This document shows, one piece after another, positions 33,450-46,560 of a stretch of 64,000 nt of DNA. Made by a program: the position numbers and the translations under genes. Positions within the stretch are counted from its first letter, which is position 1, and every line of letters begins with the position of its first letter. Source of the DNA: Phoronis australis (taxonomy: Eukaryota; Animalia; Phoronida); assembly GCA_002633005.1 (NCBI GenBank), contig NMRA01000982.1, positions 16,361 to 80,360 of the forward strand. Reading direction: 5' to 3'. The notes beneath the pieces are model-generated. The model did not search any database, was not told the DNA's origin, and saw nothing but the letters and a program-made list of their open reading frames with translations.

Positions 33450-36400
33450 ATTAGGATATATCAGCTCAATCAGGTAAAATTTTCACATACATACATGTAT
33501 CTTATTGATAGATTTGAATTATTTTTTTTCTTTCTAAAAAGCTTAGGAGCTCACGAACACCAATTTATCTCTGAAACAAGACTTGAACAGCATAATGTTT
33601 TGTTCATATTCCAATAGCAAACACAAATGCACCAAAATAGCCAGTCAAAAACTTTTTGTTTCAATTTATAGTTGTCAATTGTATTTAAAACATATTCTAC
33701 GGTGGTGTTTTTGTGGAGTTTTCTTTCCAAAATGACAAGAAATGTTCTCACGCAAAAGGGAGAAAAGCGTCGCTAAGTTCAGTGTGGAATAATGCTTACT
33801 ACCGTGGCGTGGTCATCCTTACGGTCCGATGTCTTGCCGTTGTCATCAGAATAACAAGTTAATAGCGAGTGTTAGCTTGTATCTACAAGGATATAGCCAG
33901 ACAGCTATATTGTTGCGTCCGGGACCAGTAAACTCATATAATGTCTCTCGAAAGATGCGCGTTCAGACCCTTACTGAAAAAAGTCTTTTTGCGGCCAAAT
34001 CGACATGAAACTTATACCACTGCAGAATGCACGGCCGAATGTTTTCGTCACTCTTGCGTTCGATTAACCCTCACCTTGTTCCGCGTTACCAACAATTTAA
34101 AGCAACACAATCAAACAGGTAACATTGCTGTACAAAAGAATGCTCCTACGAAAACAAAATGTGCAAAAGGGTTATGTTAACATAGGGTGAGACTTAACCT
34201 CGTCGACTCTCTAAAAGGGTGAATATCTCCCAATGGCACATACACTTTGCAGGTATTTGCTGTGCCATGGATACATACATGTAAATATGCCTTCCGTTAC
34301 TTTTTGGACGTCCACCTCTAAGGCTATAAAAACAATCCATTTCGAACAGTCAAAAATTAAAATACTTCACAATCCAAAATATGCACTTTGACGTGTCTTT
34401 TGATTGTTAGCGAAACTAAAAAAATTCGTCATCTGTATTTTGAAGCATTTTTAACTATAAATTCGAAATCAAAATTCTGTTCCAAATACCAAGCTGAAGG
34501 TTCCTAAGTCTAGGTTCCCTTATGCTATATACAAGAATGAACAAATACGTGACAAGGGTAAATTGTAAGGTTGGGTGGGCTATCCATCAAGAGTTCTCAT
34601 GTTTTTGAGTCCTTTTCTCTCAGCAAGCTTGTCAATATTTCTCAGTCATTCCCAACTGACCGCGTCTGCATAGTCACAGGAAGTCTCTCACTCAGTCTTT
34701 ACTCTTTCACTCACTTTCTGTGTTTGTTGGGGACTCCATCTAGTGAAAGGAAGAAACACTTCGAAAAAGGTTATCGATTAGAAAAGGAATCTTTCGGTGT
34801 GCTTTGCATTTCCGAGAGAGCCTTCGTAAGAGCTCTTTCAGGGAAAGGCAGCATGGTTCAGCTTATTTTACGTTGAGACATTGATCACAAGTCTATGAAT
34901 GAGGGGGATGGGTGGCAGGGCCTCTCCATTAAAATGATAGAAAAGAATTACGGTGCAGTGCATTAGTTTTAATCTTCCACAGTCAGCAGACAGATGGATC
35001 AAACGTACATGTACATGTACGTACAGAGGTACGGACGGACGGACGGACGGACAGAGGACAGACGTAGGGACGGAAAGACATACAGTCAACAAGACGTGGA
35101 TCTACACCTACATGGTGATGCTAGCGAAGCCATACCAGCAAAGGAGCATCGTGACGAGCGTGAGAACGGTGAAATAGGAGAAGACCGAGATAGTATAATT
35201 GGTGTCGACAGCAATACGCTCATATTTCATTCGGTCCTCTACTAAAAGAAATGTTCCCACGGCTATGCCAACTTTCTAAATATTGGAGACCTGCTGACAC
35301 CCACCCTCTGCTGGCGCGCGAGAACTGCTGATACACTGTCACTCTTGTTAAGCCCCTGGTGGTTGGCTCAGTTCGCCCACCGTGATAACACGTGATTAGC
35401 AAGAAAAACAGTATTTTACAAATTAATGTCATAGAAATTAGACGTGAGACAGCAGATAAGACGTACATGTATTAAACGCTCGTATTGAAGCAGTTGATCT
35501 GCCTTCGGTCTGAGACGACAGATTTGCCTGCTTATAAGAAGCCCACCCACCTCTGATTGCAGTATTTTTACTCATCGTTCTTCTGATTAGCCTCTGCCCT
35601 CTACCTCGGGCAACCGTGCCCTACATAATGCGACAGTGCCCTCGGAATCGGAGTTTGAATATTAAACTTAAAATTAGGTTTCGTACACTTCTCTTTTTAA
35701 ATATGCGGCAGATGACGAATTCAGCAAAAAAATCAACAATTAAAATACGTCATCGTTAATGACGTTGCATTTGCATATTGTAATGACGCATTCTTCTGAG
35801 GTAGGCCATTAAAGAGATCATCGGTAAAAAAGTATTAAGAATATTATTCGAGTGGACAGTGCGAGAACTTTGCTTTATGTGGGAAAGTTGAAGTAAAGAG
35901 GAAAGTGAGAAAACGTGTGCATGAAATACTGTTTTAAAACTTGCAACAACCATGTTTGTTATATATGATGGAAAATGTAAAGTGCATTGGTGACATTTGC
36001 GAATTCTAACGTGCGTGAAACGAAAGCCTGTAGGCTAGAATATTTCAGGTATTCCTCTTTTTCAAGTGTGTAACATTCTTTAAGTGCTAAGTTGAGTGTC
36101 ATAGAAGACAGTGGCTTTGATTGTACATGTAGTTTTCACAACTGCTACTCGAAGCTGCCTATACAAAATATTGTGCTAGTTGCGTTGAACAAACCAAACT
36201 AACGACCGCACAATAAAGTTTTGAAGTTTTTTTTAAATCAGTCGGATTTACTAGAGTACACAGAGGGGCATTGGCATCTCAGTTAAGCGAAATAATTTTG
36301 CATCTTTCAGGTAGAAAGCTGCGTTGGCTTAACATTAACTCCCTGTAATACCAGTTGGTTTATAGTGTACCGAAGCAATGCCTTTATCGAAAGCCCATGA

Positions 36401-39400
36401 CTCTCTTCAGTTACAGTTTAGTCTCGCAGTTAACATGATGTCGTTTATTAAGAACCTTCAACATACATCTATCATCAAAACTCTGAAATTATGCTGTTCA
36501 GGATATAATTATACACTTATACAATTACATCAAGATTGAAGTGCAGCCTTAGAACATTACTTTGATGTTTTTAGTGACAGGAAATTAATGCCGACGACAT
36601 ATGTACATGTATATCCTTCGCAAAAATATTCTTCGCAAAAACAAAATCATCTTATTCAGAAAGAAGGCGACTTACAAAGTCGTATCTTCAAACTTCCCCC
36701 AGAAGAAAGATCGCCAAGAAAATGGCCCGAATAACTAAATATGTTGATCACAGGTGGAAGAGTAGTCAAGTCGTCCCTTAATGAAATAAAAAGGGTCGCG
36801 TTAGATGGAAGGTTGAGAATGAAAATCGGAAATGCGAAAGCTCTTAACGTTGTTGTACTAGTGATCAGATTATCGAGATTTCTCACACTTACGTCCCTGA
36901 GAAGGGTTACCTAACTGTTCATCTATTAAAAGTACTTTTTAGATGTTATTCTAAGTGCTCATCAACGTTACGTCGGAGGATCAGAGCCATTTAGCTGACG
37001 ATTTTATGCTTGTGTTTCAGTTGGTTGCCGTAATGGACGACATGGCGTATGGTCCGACGACGATTCCTGCAGGTTAGAAACCCGCTATTTCATAAAATAC
37101 CTCACAAATCCCTGCACATAACATTTTATCACATTTGCAGTTGTGTGTCGTGCCTTTAAAAGTCTAAAATGCACAGAGGCGTGTTTATCTGGTGACTTTC
37201 TCTCCGTTTTCCCCGCGTATGCTTACTTTATGGCAATGTGTTTTCAATCCATGGATAGACAACGTCGAATTTTAGAATGACCAAGATTACAGATGGGTAC
37301 GCGGTTGTAGTTTTGCAATCGCCATCATCGTCGTCATCGTCATCAACTTTATGGCCGTCGTCATTATTGCTTCCCAATGAATCTACACGTCTTGTACACA
37401 TGTACATGCTTTTCAGTGCGCCCATCAGAGTGTGACCATGTGAGTGCTCACAAGAAATTTAGCGAGTTGTCAAGTGTCCAAGTTCAAACAGCGCGTGTCG
37501 AAGAAATCGAGGAGAACCATATGTGGTCGATAACTCCTGAAGAAAACGAGATTCTCGCCGAGGACACGAAGCTTCAGTTTTCTGCGCAGAAGATCCCGCT
37601 GTCTCAAATTTCTTAATAACTACCAAATGTCTCAACGGACTGAGGCCCGTAGGAAATCTGTGATTTTTGACAATTCTTCCGGAGACAATTTTAATTCTTT
37701 CTATCACTTTCACTTTCGATGGCATGATTCAGTTGCATATGGGTACATGTTACCACAGGAGACGCCAGAATAGTTTTATGTATTCCTGTTCTCATAATTA
37801 TTTTTGTATTGTATGCAAGTTTTTGTTTCTTTTTGGTGAACAGGTCTTTGCTGGATTATGCAAATTAGTTGGATCGGACAACAGCCTGCTTCATCGTTTT
37901 GGTTCCTTGTTTGTTCACGACTCAAAACCATGTCTGCATTGAACCGTATATTTGCTGTTTATAATACATTTGCTGTTAGTTGTCAAAAACTCGAATCTTT
38001 TCTTTTACGTTAACTTGTCCCTTGTAACCTGAATGTCAAGAGATAGTCTCCTATACAGACCGCTTCTCTCTTCAACAAAACACAGTCACATGTCTTGAGA
38101 CTTCATTGTCTCACAAATTCTCCCTCCCAAAGCAAACGATTTACAACTGGATTCTAAATTAGCCAGTGTACAATCGTATTAACTGAATGGAAGTAGTTCA
38201 CTAACTGGTCATACCTAATTACCATGTTCATTACCTGCAGCTGGAGACCAGACAAAGGCCTTAAATCACTGATAAAAGCGTGTCCAGCAATTCCATGAAG
38301 TCCCTATTTACAGTCGTGTAACGTTATGTACATGTAGCTGACAACAGTTGAGGTCATGGCGATAGGCGGCGCTTTTCTTATTGTGAAAATAATGAATGCA
38401 CAGACAATATCGTAATTCAAGTCCAAAACCTGAAAGTTATCAGCAGGTATTAATCGAGTGAAAACCAAAATATTATTACACACACTTTTAGTTGCACAAT
38501 GATCGATACTAGCCAATACTCGGCTTTGTTTAAAGTTTACAGGGCTTGAAATGATCAATGACAAAAAGACGGAAAAATTTTTGGGTGACTTATCGTTCTA
38601 CAAATAAATAGGCTTGTGTGATAGAAATATTTTTGTGTTGTAAAATTCAACTGAAATGAAAGTTTTTGCAAGAACATGGAGTGAAATTAAAGGTAAAAAG
38701 GAGACAAAAAGAGGAAAGTGGGAATCAAATAAGATGAACTACAAACCTAAAAAGAAGAAATCCTATTAAAAGAGGAAAGTTCCAAGCCCTGATTCTATTC
38801 GACTTGACAACTCAAGCATCTGTGCGTTTTACAGCGATAAACCATCAAGTTTGGAGAGTTCCTAAATACTGGTATCATCTATTTCAAAACTCAAAAGGTA
38901 ATCTTCAGGATGTTCAGACCATATGGCGCAATCTCATCAGGAAACGAATCAATTACCCAACTCAAGCAAACTTCTCTTCTTCGAAGCAGTAAAATTAAAA
39001 GAAAAATGATATACATGCATTTGATCGATCTAGTATACTTACGAAAAGTTCTAATTTCACGGACCAGGCTAGTCCGAGTTCCAATTCATATAATTTAGTG
39101 TCAGAGAATATGTTTCAATTGCCTTTATGCAGTTTCAAGGGTTTTCAAAACTTTTTTGACTTTGTATATTTAACGTGCCTGTTTCACTGGTTGGACATCG
39201 GTCGGAAAAAAATCAGACTGCTGGGCTTCTCTAATTTACCGTGCTGCGCGGTCAATTGCCCCCATGCAACGAGTTCATACAGTGCCATTCTTTGTGTTGA
39301 CAACCAATTGTTTTGGTGTCAAACTACGTCTCTAACGTAGCTCCAATGTATGTTTAGGTCAGAGCGTTCACCTGGAGCGGTCAGTATGAACGGTTAACTT

Positions 39401-40301
39401 CGGCCCTGAATCAAAGTTAACAGCTCCTCTTAACTTCGCAGTGAACAGGCGGATTTAGCAGCGGGCTTTGAAGTTGCTTGAAGTAACAGATCAGAAATTT
39501 GACTTTACAGTCCACACAACTAGTTCTAAAAATAGTAAATATCACGTGACCAAAAGTGCAAAGTGTATGAGAATATAATCGCAGCTTCTGGGAAATATTT
39601 CAACACCGTGATGCGCTCATAATTACTTGGCTAAACCGTTTCCAGCAATTATGAATGGGGAGCGTATGAACAAAATTCTGTCCTGTATTTTAAGTTACTT
39701 TCATGAAACAGACCCCGAGTGTTTTTTATTGGACAGACAAAAAGTTGTACAGTGTAGGCCACTTTTCTACTTTTGCGTGACCTTTAAATCTTTGTGATTA
39801 TGGCGTACATGCAATGAATCGTGTCTTCTTCAGAAAAGTTGTAAATCACATGTACATGTACGTGTGCCTGCGCATATAAAAGAAGTGTTTTGCATGACAT
39901 TACGATTATTATTTACTGCTTTGTCATGTGAATGAGTGGCATCACAAATGCTGCGTTGTAACAAACTATTTGTGAAAGTACATTCGTGCGTGAGTGTAGG
40001 GCAAAATGTTTGACAACTCTACACGATATGTCCTTGGGTACTACACTCCTCATGTGAAATACCCCCCATGATGACCCACCGTCGTCGAGGCCTAAGACTA
40101 TGGCACTGATATACCAAGTAAAATTCCATAAATCTCATGTACCGGAAACAATTAATTATGAACTTTTGTGTTTATCCCGATTCGTTGTGTAGGAGTAAAA
40201 ATGAGGTCGATTGACGTTAACAACAAGATTAAACAAACGTCCGCAATGTAAACTGGAAACCGACACTTGGAAGCTCTGGTTATGATGGTTCCATCCATGT
40301 T

Positions 40302-40408
40302 TCAAAGATCTCTCTCGCAGATGAAGGGTCGTCTGTAGTTGCAATATTGAGCATAGAACTTCGTATTGCTTACTTCAAGACACCGCTTCCATAATGATGA
40401 GCTTGGTT
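40302..40408 (-). CDS. C-type lectin, exon 3 (EPSSSLWKRCLEVSNTKFYAQYCNYRRPFICERDL*)
   Basis: Acceptor tcttttcag. The phase-1 join gives WASGEP and the exon supplies C...C...PFICE, completing the CTLD. Confidence 0.9.
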
Positions 40409-40997
40409 CTGAAAAGATACACGTAACCGTACACACGGTGGACTCAGTCGGTACATGTATATTCGTACGGCTGACTTACCCCATCTGAGTTTAGTCAGAA
40501 CGAACATCGCTTTCGAGGGCTGTGATTACAGCTCTCGGATCCACTAAACAATACATGCATACTGAGTAGCTGGCTGACTATTTGGATACATTGATCGCAG
40601 ACTTATCATTCTCAAAGGAAAACGAGAAATGAGAGTTAAAAGACTTGCTCACGGTCACTGCAGTAACACGTTATTAACTGGCTCGCATAATCATGTCTTT
40701 TAAGGAAAGGTAGCCTACGTTGATAGCAAAACAACGTCATCAACAACATGACCGAATGTTGTTTGATACATTATGTGCAAGATAAAATCTAAAAAGAGCT
40801 GATACACTATATCTAACTTATCATTTCGTTTTTGTTCTTCTCAACTTTTTAGTTTTTCAGTGAAAACCATAACAGTCCTATTTTTCAATCGCCCCTCGTG
40901 AAATCCGAAACATTTTGAAAACAATTTCCACAAGAGTTCGGATAATACTGCATACAGCATAGTACCATCCGATTAGCCATTTTTCGTGGGTGGTGGC

Positions 40998-41087
40998 GCA
41001 CCATAGCTAGGGGTGCGCCATAGCTAGGGGTGCACCATAGCTAGGGGTGCACCACAGCTAGGGGTGCACCATAGCTAGGGGTGCGCC
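40998..41087. repeat. 17-bp minisatellite x5 (GCACCATAGCTAGGGGT) in lectin intron 2
   Basis: Five abutting copies. Confidence 0.9.
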
Positions 41088-41378
41088 GCCTATGTGTCTC
41101 ACACGTAATGTTCCGAAATTAGCCAAATTTGGAGATAACCTTAAATTCGGTGTCATTCAAATTCTGCTGACGGACATCAATTTGTGGCCACAACGACGGA
41201 AAATCAAAAATTCTCCAATCCTGTTTTTCTTGGAAAAAGTACTACACTACCACGTTGAACGAACATCGTTTTAATTGTGAATGACTGTTGAGTGAGCTAG
41301 TTTGTCAGTTAGATATTACATGTAGCTGTACGCCAACTAACCCACGAACTGATCTATCTAGGCCTACCCGGTACCCAC

Positions 41379-41730
41379 CTCCACTCGCCCACGGCGTCCA
41401 CCTGTTTAGAAGGCTGTTGGTTTTTTCCCACACCCATCTATTCTTCTTCAGGCGGTCGATTCCTCCTATCCAGAAACGCGCACTGGAAGCTGTGCCGAAA
41501 TATTGGAATCTGTGGTTTATCATGTATTTTACCCTTCCGTACGCGAACGGGTTACTAATGACGGCAAGATGGCCGCCGTCGTCGTGACACGCTGCATAGG
41601 CGCTGTACCAGTTTGCCGGCTTCATAACTAGACGAAAACACTTGTGAGGGTAACGCAAATTTGGAGGAGGGGCGAACCATGGGAACGAATGGGGTATGTA
41701 TCCAACAGGACATCTGTTACTCTTCAAAAT
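41379..41730 (-). CDS. C-type lectin, exon 2
   Basis: CPVGY...KCF...NWYSAYAAC...GGHLAVI...FWIGG...WVW...W are canonical CTLD motifs. Acceptor ttctttctag, donor GTGGGT. Confidence 0.92.
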
Positions 41731-41900
41731 CTAGAAAGAACAGAGGAGAACTATTCATAATGATTTGTGTAATAAACTCACGTCGTTTTTAACAGCAGTC
41801 CGATCGCTAGGTTCTGAACTTGAATTACTGCGTACTTTAATTGGACCAAGCCTGAGTGACTGATGCTTCAATGCGACAGGTATCGCCACATTTATTCAGC

Positions 41901-42000
41901 AAATAATTACTTTACGCCACCGAAAGTTACTTTACGCGTCAAATAATTAATTTACGCAGCAGATAATTACTTTACGCCTCTAAATAATTACCGTATGCTT
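41901..42000. repeat. Degenerate array of about 21-bp units (AATAATTACTTTACGC core) in lectin intron 1
   Basis: About five visible units. Confidence 0.65.
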
Positions 42001-42092
42001 CGAACAAGAATTAACTTATGCACGCAATTTACGTGCGTAACGTTCGCCATTTGATAGATTTCACAACTTCAGCGTCTATGTATTCGTCATTT

Positions 42093-42219
42093 GAGTTCAA
42101 TAACGTTTAGGACCTCGCTAAAATTCGTGAGATTGTTGCTGTGTTCTTTAAATGAGAACACGTGATTTTGGCAAAATTGTAGAGAAGTCCTAGCGTAGGT
42201 CCTAGCGTTATTGAAGCTC
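42093..42219. repeat. Short inverted repeat / mini-MITE
   Basis: GAGTTCAATAACGTTTAGGACCTCGCTA pairs with TAGCGTAGGTCCTAGCGTTATTGAAGCTC. Confidence 0.6.
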
Positions 42220-43250
42220 TTGCAAATGTCGGGATGATTTTAGGTCATCATGTCGGAAAAGTATCGCATTTGAAGGTCGAATATAGTAAACGGCAGTCGA
42301 GAACATCTTGAACGAAGAAAGGCACCAACATATAGAAAACACTGAGAACTGCAATGGCGCCAGAACGATGCCAATAGTACTGCTTGGCGGAAGTTGCAGG
42401 GCAATGCGTAAAAACCACGACCTTTTAAGTGTCGCCGTGTAAGCCGGACCGTCCTATATCACCATAGTAATTTTGAGACTTGTGCTGAGTTTCGTAGACA
42501 CAAGAGCATTGCCAGGGAAGGTAGTGCCGGGCGGCGCACCATAGGGGGCTGGGGGGCTATAGCTCCTCACTAGTGTCAGTGCGTGGTGACACCTCTTGAA
42601 GTCTGGAATAGTCGCGTTTTCTCGAGGTTCTTGGGTCTATGGAAAGTATGTGGTCATTCGTAAATACCACTTTGGCACTGTCCACGGGCTGAGGGCCAGT
42701 TGGGATGATCATGGCCTCGGTTATTCGGTCGCCTATTTTACGCGATCCTTGTTATTTATTCCCAGCTCCATCCGATTGACATTCTATTAAAATTAAAGTC
42801 GCACAAGTTGCAAAATCCCACGACTCTCCACCCGAAGAAACTGAAATATTTTTTTTTTTTGATTCGTGACAGTTCTTTTGATTCGTGGTCGTACTTGTGT
42901 AGTAGAAACGGAGCCTTAATTCGGTTAACAAATGCTAGAGCGGCTGAATGGCGGTTCTCCCAAGGCACTCACTAAAAATAAGAAGTCTGGGAACGCTGGT
43001 GATTGGAGTTGCCATCATCACAAAAATTTTCACTCTTGCCCGAATGGCACGATTTGAGCAATCCCCCGCCGGCCGTTCATACCCTAGTCGACCAAATTAC
43101 CTAAATCTCCTTAACTACATGACGTACATGTACAAAGAGGAGAACCAAAAAGGTGTGTCTTATAATTGACTTATTCACTTAACGGATAACCCTGCAGATG
43201 CGGCTATCGTTTGCTACACCAAACGCTGGGGAATTTGCATGTACAGGTAC

Positions 43251-43343
43251 CTTATACAGTAAAGTTTGCTCAGCTGTCAACGTCACAGCGGCCATACCAC
43301 TCGTCATAACTCCAAGCATGACAATGAAGAAGAGAAACTTCAT
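43251..43343 (-). CDS. C-type lectin, exon 1 (signal peptide MKFLFFIVMLGVMTSGMA...); spliced protein 183 aa
   Basis: ATG followed by a hydrophobic signal peptide. The donor AAG|GTAC is phase 0 and joins exon 2 in frame. Confidence 0.8.
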
Positions 43344-43475
43344 TTCGGTGTCAGGTATATTGTGAAATTCCACAAACTGTTAATACTGCCTTTGGGTGCG
43401 TGAACTTTTCTGAGGTAAAGGCGATTGGACTCAAACATTTCAAGCAAAAAGGTCGTGACTAGTTACACACGAAAA

Positions 43476-44864
43476 TATGGTGGCTCAAAGACGACATTGC
43501 AGGTTTCTTTTTTAATTATCTCAGAATCTCAAGATCCCGACTTAATTAACTCAGGATCGCGAGATCATCATTCGAGACCCCGGCGTAATTATCTCAGAAT
43601 CTCTAAATCCCAACTGAACTATCTCAGGATCTCGAGATTCCGATATAATTTTCCTCGGTGTGTCGCTGTACGTATACAACGGTGTTCTGGCGAGTTGCAT
43701 TGCCACACCATCTGAATCCACAGCCGGAAAAAGGATTCGTACAGTTTCTCGTTTCACCATTAAATCCTTTAGTGACACGTGTGTGATGGATTAATCTACA
43801 TAACCATATTGCTGCCCTGGCATCGATGTTTGTCGATCTATGAAACCAATCACATCATCCATGTCGGAATAATTGTTACGACGAGCGAGCCCTAGTCTCG
43901 ACAACAAACGCCGAAGGAGCCTAACGCTAATAATAATACCAAAGTGATACCTGAGCATGTCTAAAGTTTCTTTTTGCGACAGCCGTAAGTTGAAAAGATC
44001 TTTAACTTCATCTTTATCCAAATTGGAATATTCTTGGTGACAGAAAACAAGGCCTATCATGTGACACCGATTTTAGAACAGTAGGAGACCTAATTCTATT
44101 TTTGTTTTCAGCCAGCAAAAGTAGGAGTATTGCAGTCTTTAAGCGGAAAGAGTATCGTTAAATTCCTCCCATTAACATCAGACACGTAAATCTGTTGTGG
44201 ATTGATAAATCTGAACTTCTGTACTTAATTTCCCCAGATGGTGTCATCTGGACTGTTGGAAGTTATAAACATAAGCGTTGTCATTGACATTCTGTTACCA
44301 TGATGCGTCCTGATAGGCACACGGTGTGGGTTAAGATTGTAGATGGCCTTGATTACTTGTCATTGTTGATGTATGAGACATCGAAACATGTTGAAAAATC
44401 TCGTTGTTTTTATTACTATTGTCACTTACTTTTCTTTGTTGAGACCATAAGCATTGTACACGATAACGTAGAATTTTTTCGAGTGCAACTGCCATTTGAG
44501 TTATTTGATAAAGTGACATAACCATCACAGTGTCATGGCTCAGAAATATGAGGTTTTAATGAGCCCAAACCCCTTGGATTTTATTGTTATGCAGATTTCT
44601 ATTTTCCCCTTCACTGACGGGACCCCTTAGCTGCCACGGGCCCCGGAGTTGTGGGTCCTCTTGTCCTGAACCAACATTCGACGTCCCTCACCACAACCTA
44701 CTTCGAGTATTCGTTGTGGAAACCACGACTTATTAGTTGAAACCGGTGGGAATATGAAAAGAGACTACGGTGATAGAATCGAGGTGCCGAGATAATTAAG
44801 TAAGCATCTCGAAATCCTGAGGTAATTAAAAATGAACTGGGTATGTCATCTTTGGGCCACCGTA
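43476..44864 (-). mobile_element. Internally deleted IS3EU-like DNA transposon with 6-bp TSD CGAAAA
   Basis: Termini TATGGTGGCTCAAAGACGACAT and ATGTCATCTTTGGGCCACCGTA. CGAAAA lies at 43470-43475 and 44865-44870. Subterminal AATTATCTCAG-type repeats occur at both ends and a transposase remnant lies inside. Confidence 0.88.
43660..44030 (-). pseudogene. IS3EU-type transposase N-terminal remnant
   Basis: Reads VKDLFNLRLSQKETLDMLRYHFGIIISVRLLRRLLSRLGLARRNNYSDMDDVIGFI...GQQYGY, then after a frameshift LMVKRETVRILFPAVDSDGV. No DDE core follows. Confidence 0.8.
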
Positions 44865-46369
44865 CGAAAAAGTTATTTGACTAAAATGTGCCGTAACTAA
44901 TGTCAAATTTATTGTTAAATCATGTTTTCAAGTATTGTGAAAACGATTTCGTCCTTGATAGGCTGTAAATCACATGTACAGTGTACGTGTAAGTGTACAC
45001 GCATACACGTATTTAAGTGAGTTTGCTTGTGTACTTTTGAGACATGATTTAGGGTTACACGGCTGACATATGTCATACAATACGTTATGCCATAACCTGG
45101 TTACACGTCAATGACAATGTCGCATCCTCGAAATTAACAACAGGGTACGGTGAACCCGTTGGAAATAGTTCTGTACTTACTGCATGTGCATAGGTCTGAG
45201 AATAATACATCAGCTAGTGTACATACGAATATTCTTTCATCTTCTAATCTCGTAAGCTGCATGGAACGGGGAGGGGCTTAATCAGTGCAGCCTTTAACAC
45301 GGGGCCCACAGGGTCCGGGGGCCCCACGGCTACAGGGGCCCCACGCCGATCAGTATCATAGTAAAAAGTCAAGTGATACCAATCTTACGGACTCAGTGCC
45401 AGTGTGAGAGCAAAACGGCAGCATGTAATATACATGTAACCTAGCTGCATGAATGGACCAATCAGATTGTCAGAATAAATATTGATTAAGTAATTAGTAA
45501 TTTTAAGTTGACCAAAATTTGTGCATATGTACTTTTAAATCATGGGGTCAGACTTGTTGACATGTACTTTAAGGTCAAAATCTATTTTTAGATGGGGTTT
45601 ACAACTTTGGGTTCTGGGGTCAAAGTCGACTCTAGAGATTCTAGAAAATTCTGAGAACAAATTGTAACAGCCAATAATATGATTGGATATGATCATGTGG
45701 TTTTATTAGCCAATCACTAAATAAGTAGAATGTTATATTATGGGCTGAAATCAACAAGATAATTAGATGAGCTATAGTTGTTGAAGCATAAAGACTTGTT
45801 ACAGTGTACAAAGGAAATTGTACGACAGAGTCATCTGGTGGAAGATTCTAGAAAGGGTCTTGGCAAGGGTAAGAGTTAACGAACAGGAAGTTAACTAAGA
45901 GCTTGTCACTTGCATCGTGGGTAGTAAGATACAACATGAACCTAAGTGTTGCGTCCGCATCAGCCACAGACTTTGACCAGCAAGAAGAATCGCGGGTAGA
46001 AGAAATTGCCTGCAAGTGTTGCACCACCAGAGACGGTGGCCGGCAAGTACACTGTCGCTATACAGTGTTTGTAGTTCGAAGATTCACCAACAGGACAGAC
46101 ATCCAACAAGAGGAGAGTCCTAGCTTGGATAGCAGATAAGACATTTTTGATTATTTTGGTTGATTGATTAAAGTAATCTTTAAAGAGGGCGCTAGTGTAG
46201 TTAGTTTTCTTTGAAGTTAATTACTTTATTAACAACAGGTTTCACGTGTCTAATTAGAGGTTATCATATAATAAATTAATTACTGGATTTGATTATTCAC
46301 TCTCCATCTACGCACAATCTCAAAGCATATCTACCTTTTAAACAAACTCACAGTCAATCGTCTGACATT

Positions 46370-46387
46370 TGGTGGCCAGTCCGGGAG
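46370..46387 (+). other. Primer-binding site, tRNA-Pro-like
   Basis: TGGTGGCCAGTCCGGGAG lies 2 nt after the LTR end and matches the tRNA-Pro PBS TGGGGGCTCGTCCGGGAT at 14 of 18 positions. Confidence 0.7.
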
Positions 46388-46560
46388 CGTTTACATAAAG
46401 GTTTACGTGGTTGTGTTGAATTGTTTTGAATCCTGTAATTACCGTTTGAATATTAATTAATAAAGTGCATTCTGGGAATAAAACCCTTCCTCTAGAATGG
46501 AATTTGAAAAATATTTTGCGCAAGCGAAAAAATTCGGTATACCGGTGAAGAGTTAAGGAA

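Noticed and set aside
39839-39866. About 26-bp match to 44964-44991 suggesting an old tandem duplication of the lectin locus
   Set aside because: The match is short and built largely from ACATGTA-type sequence. No lectin paralog was found at the predicted position.
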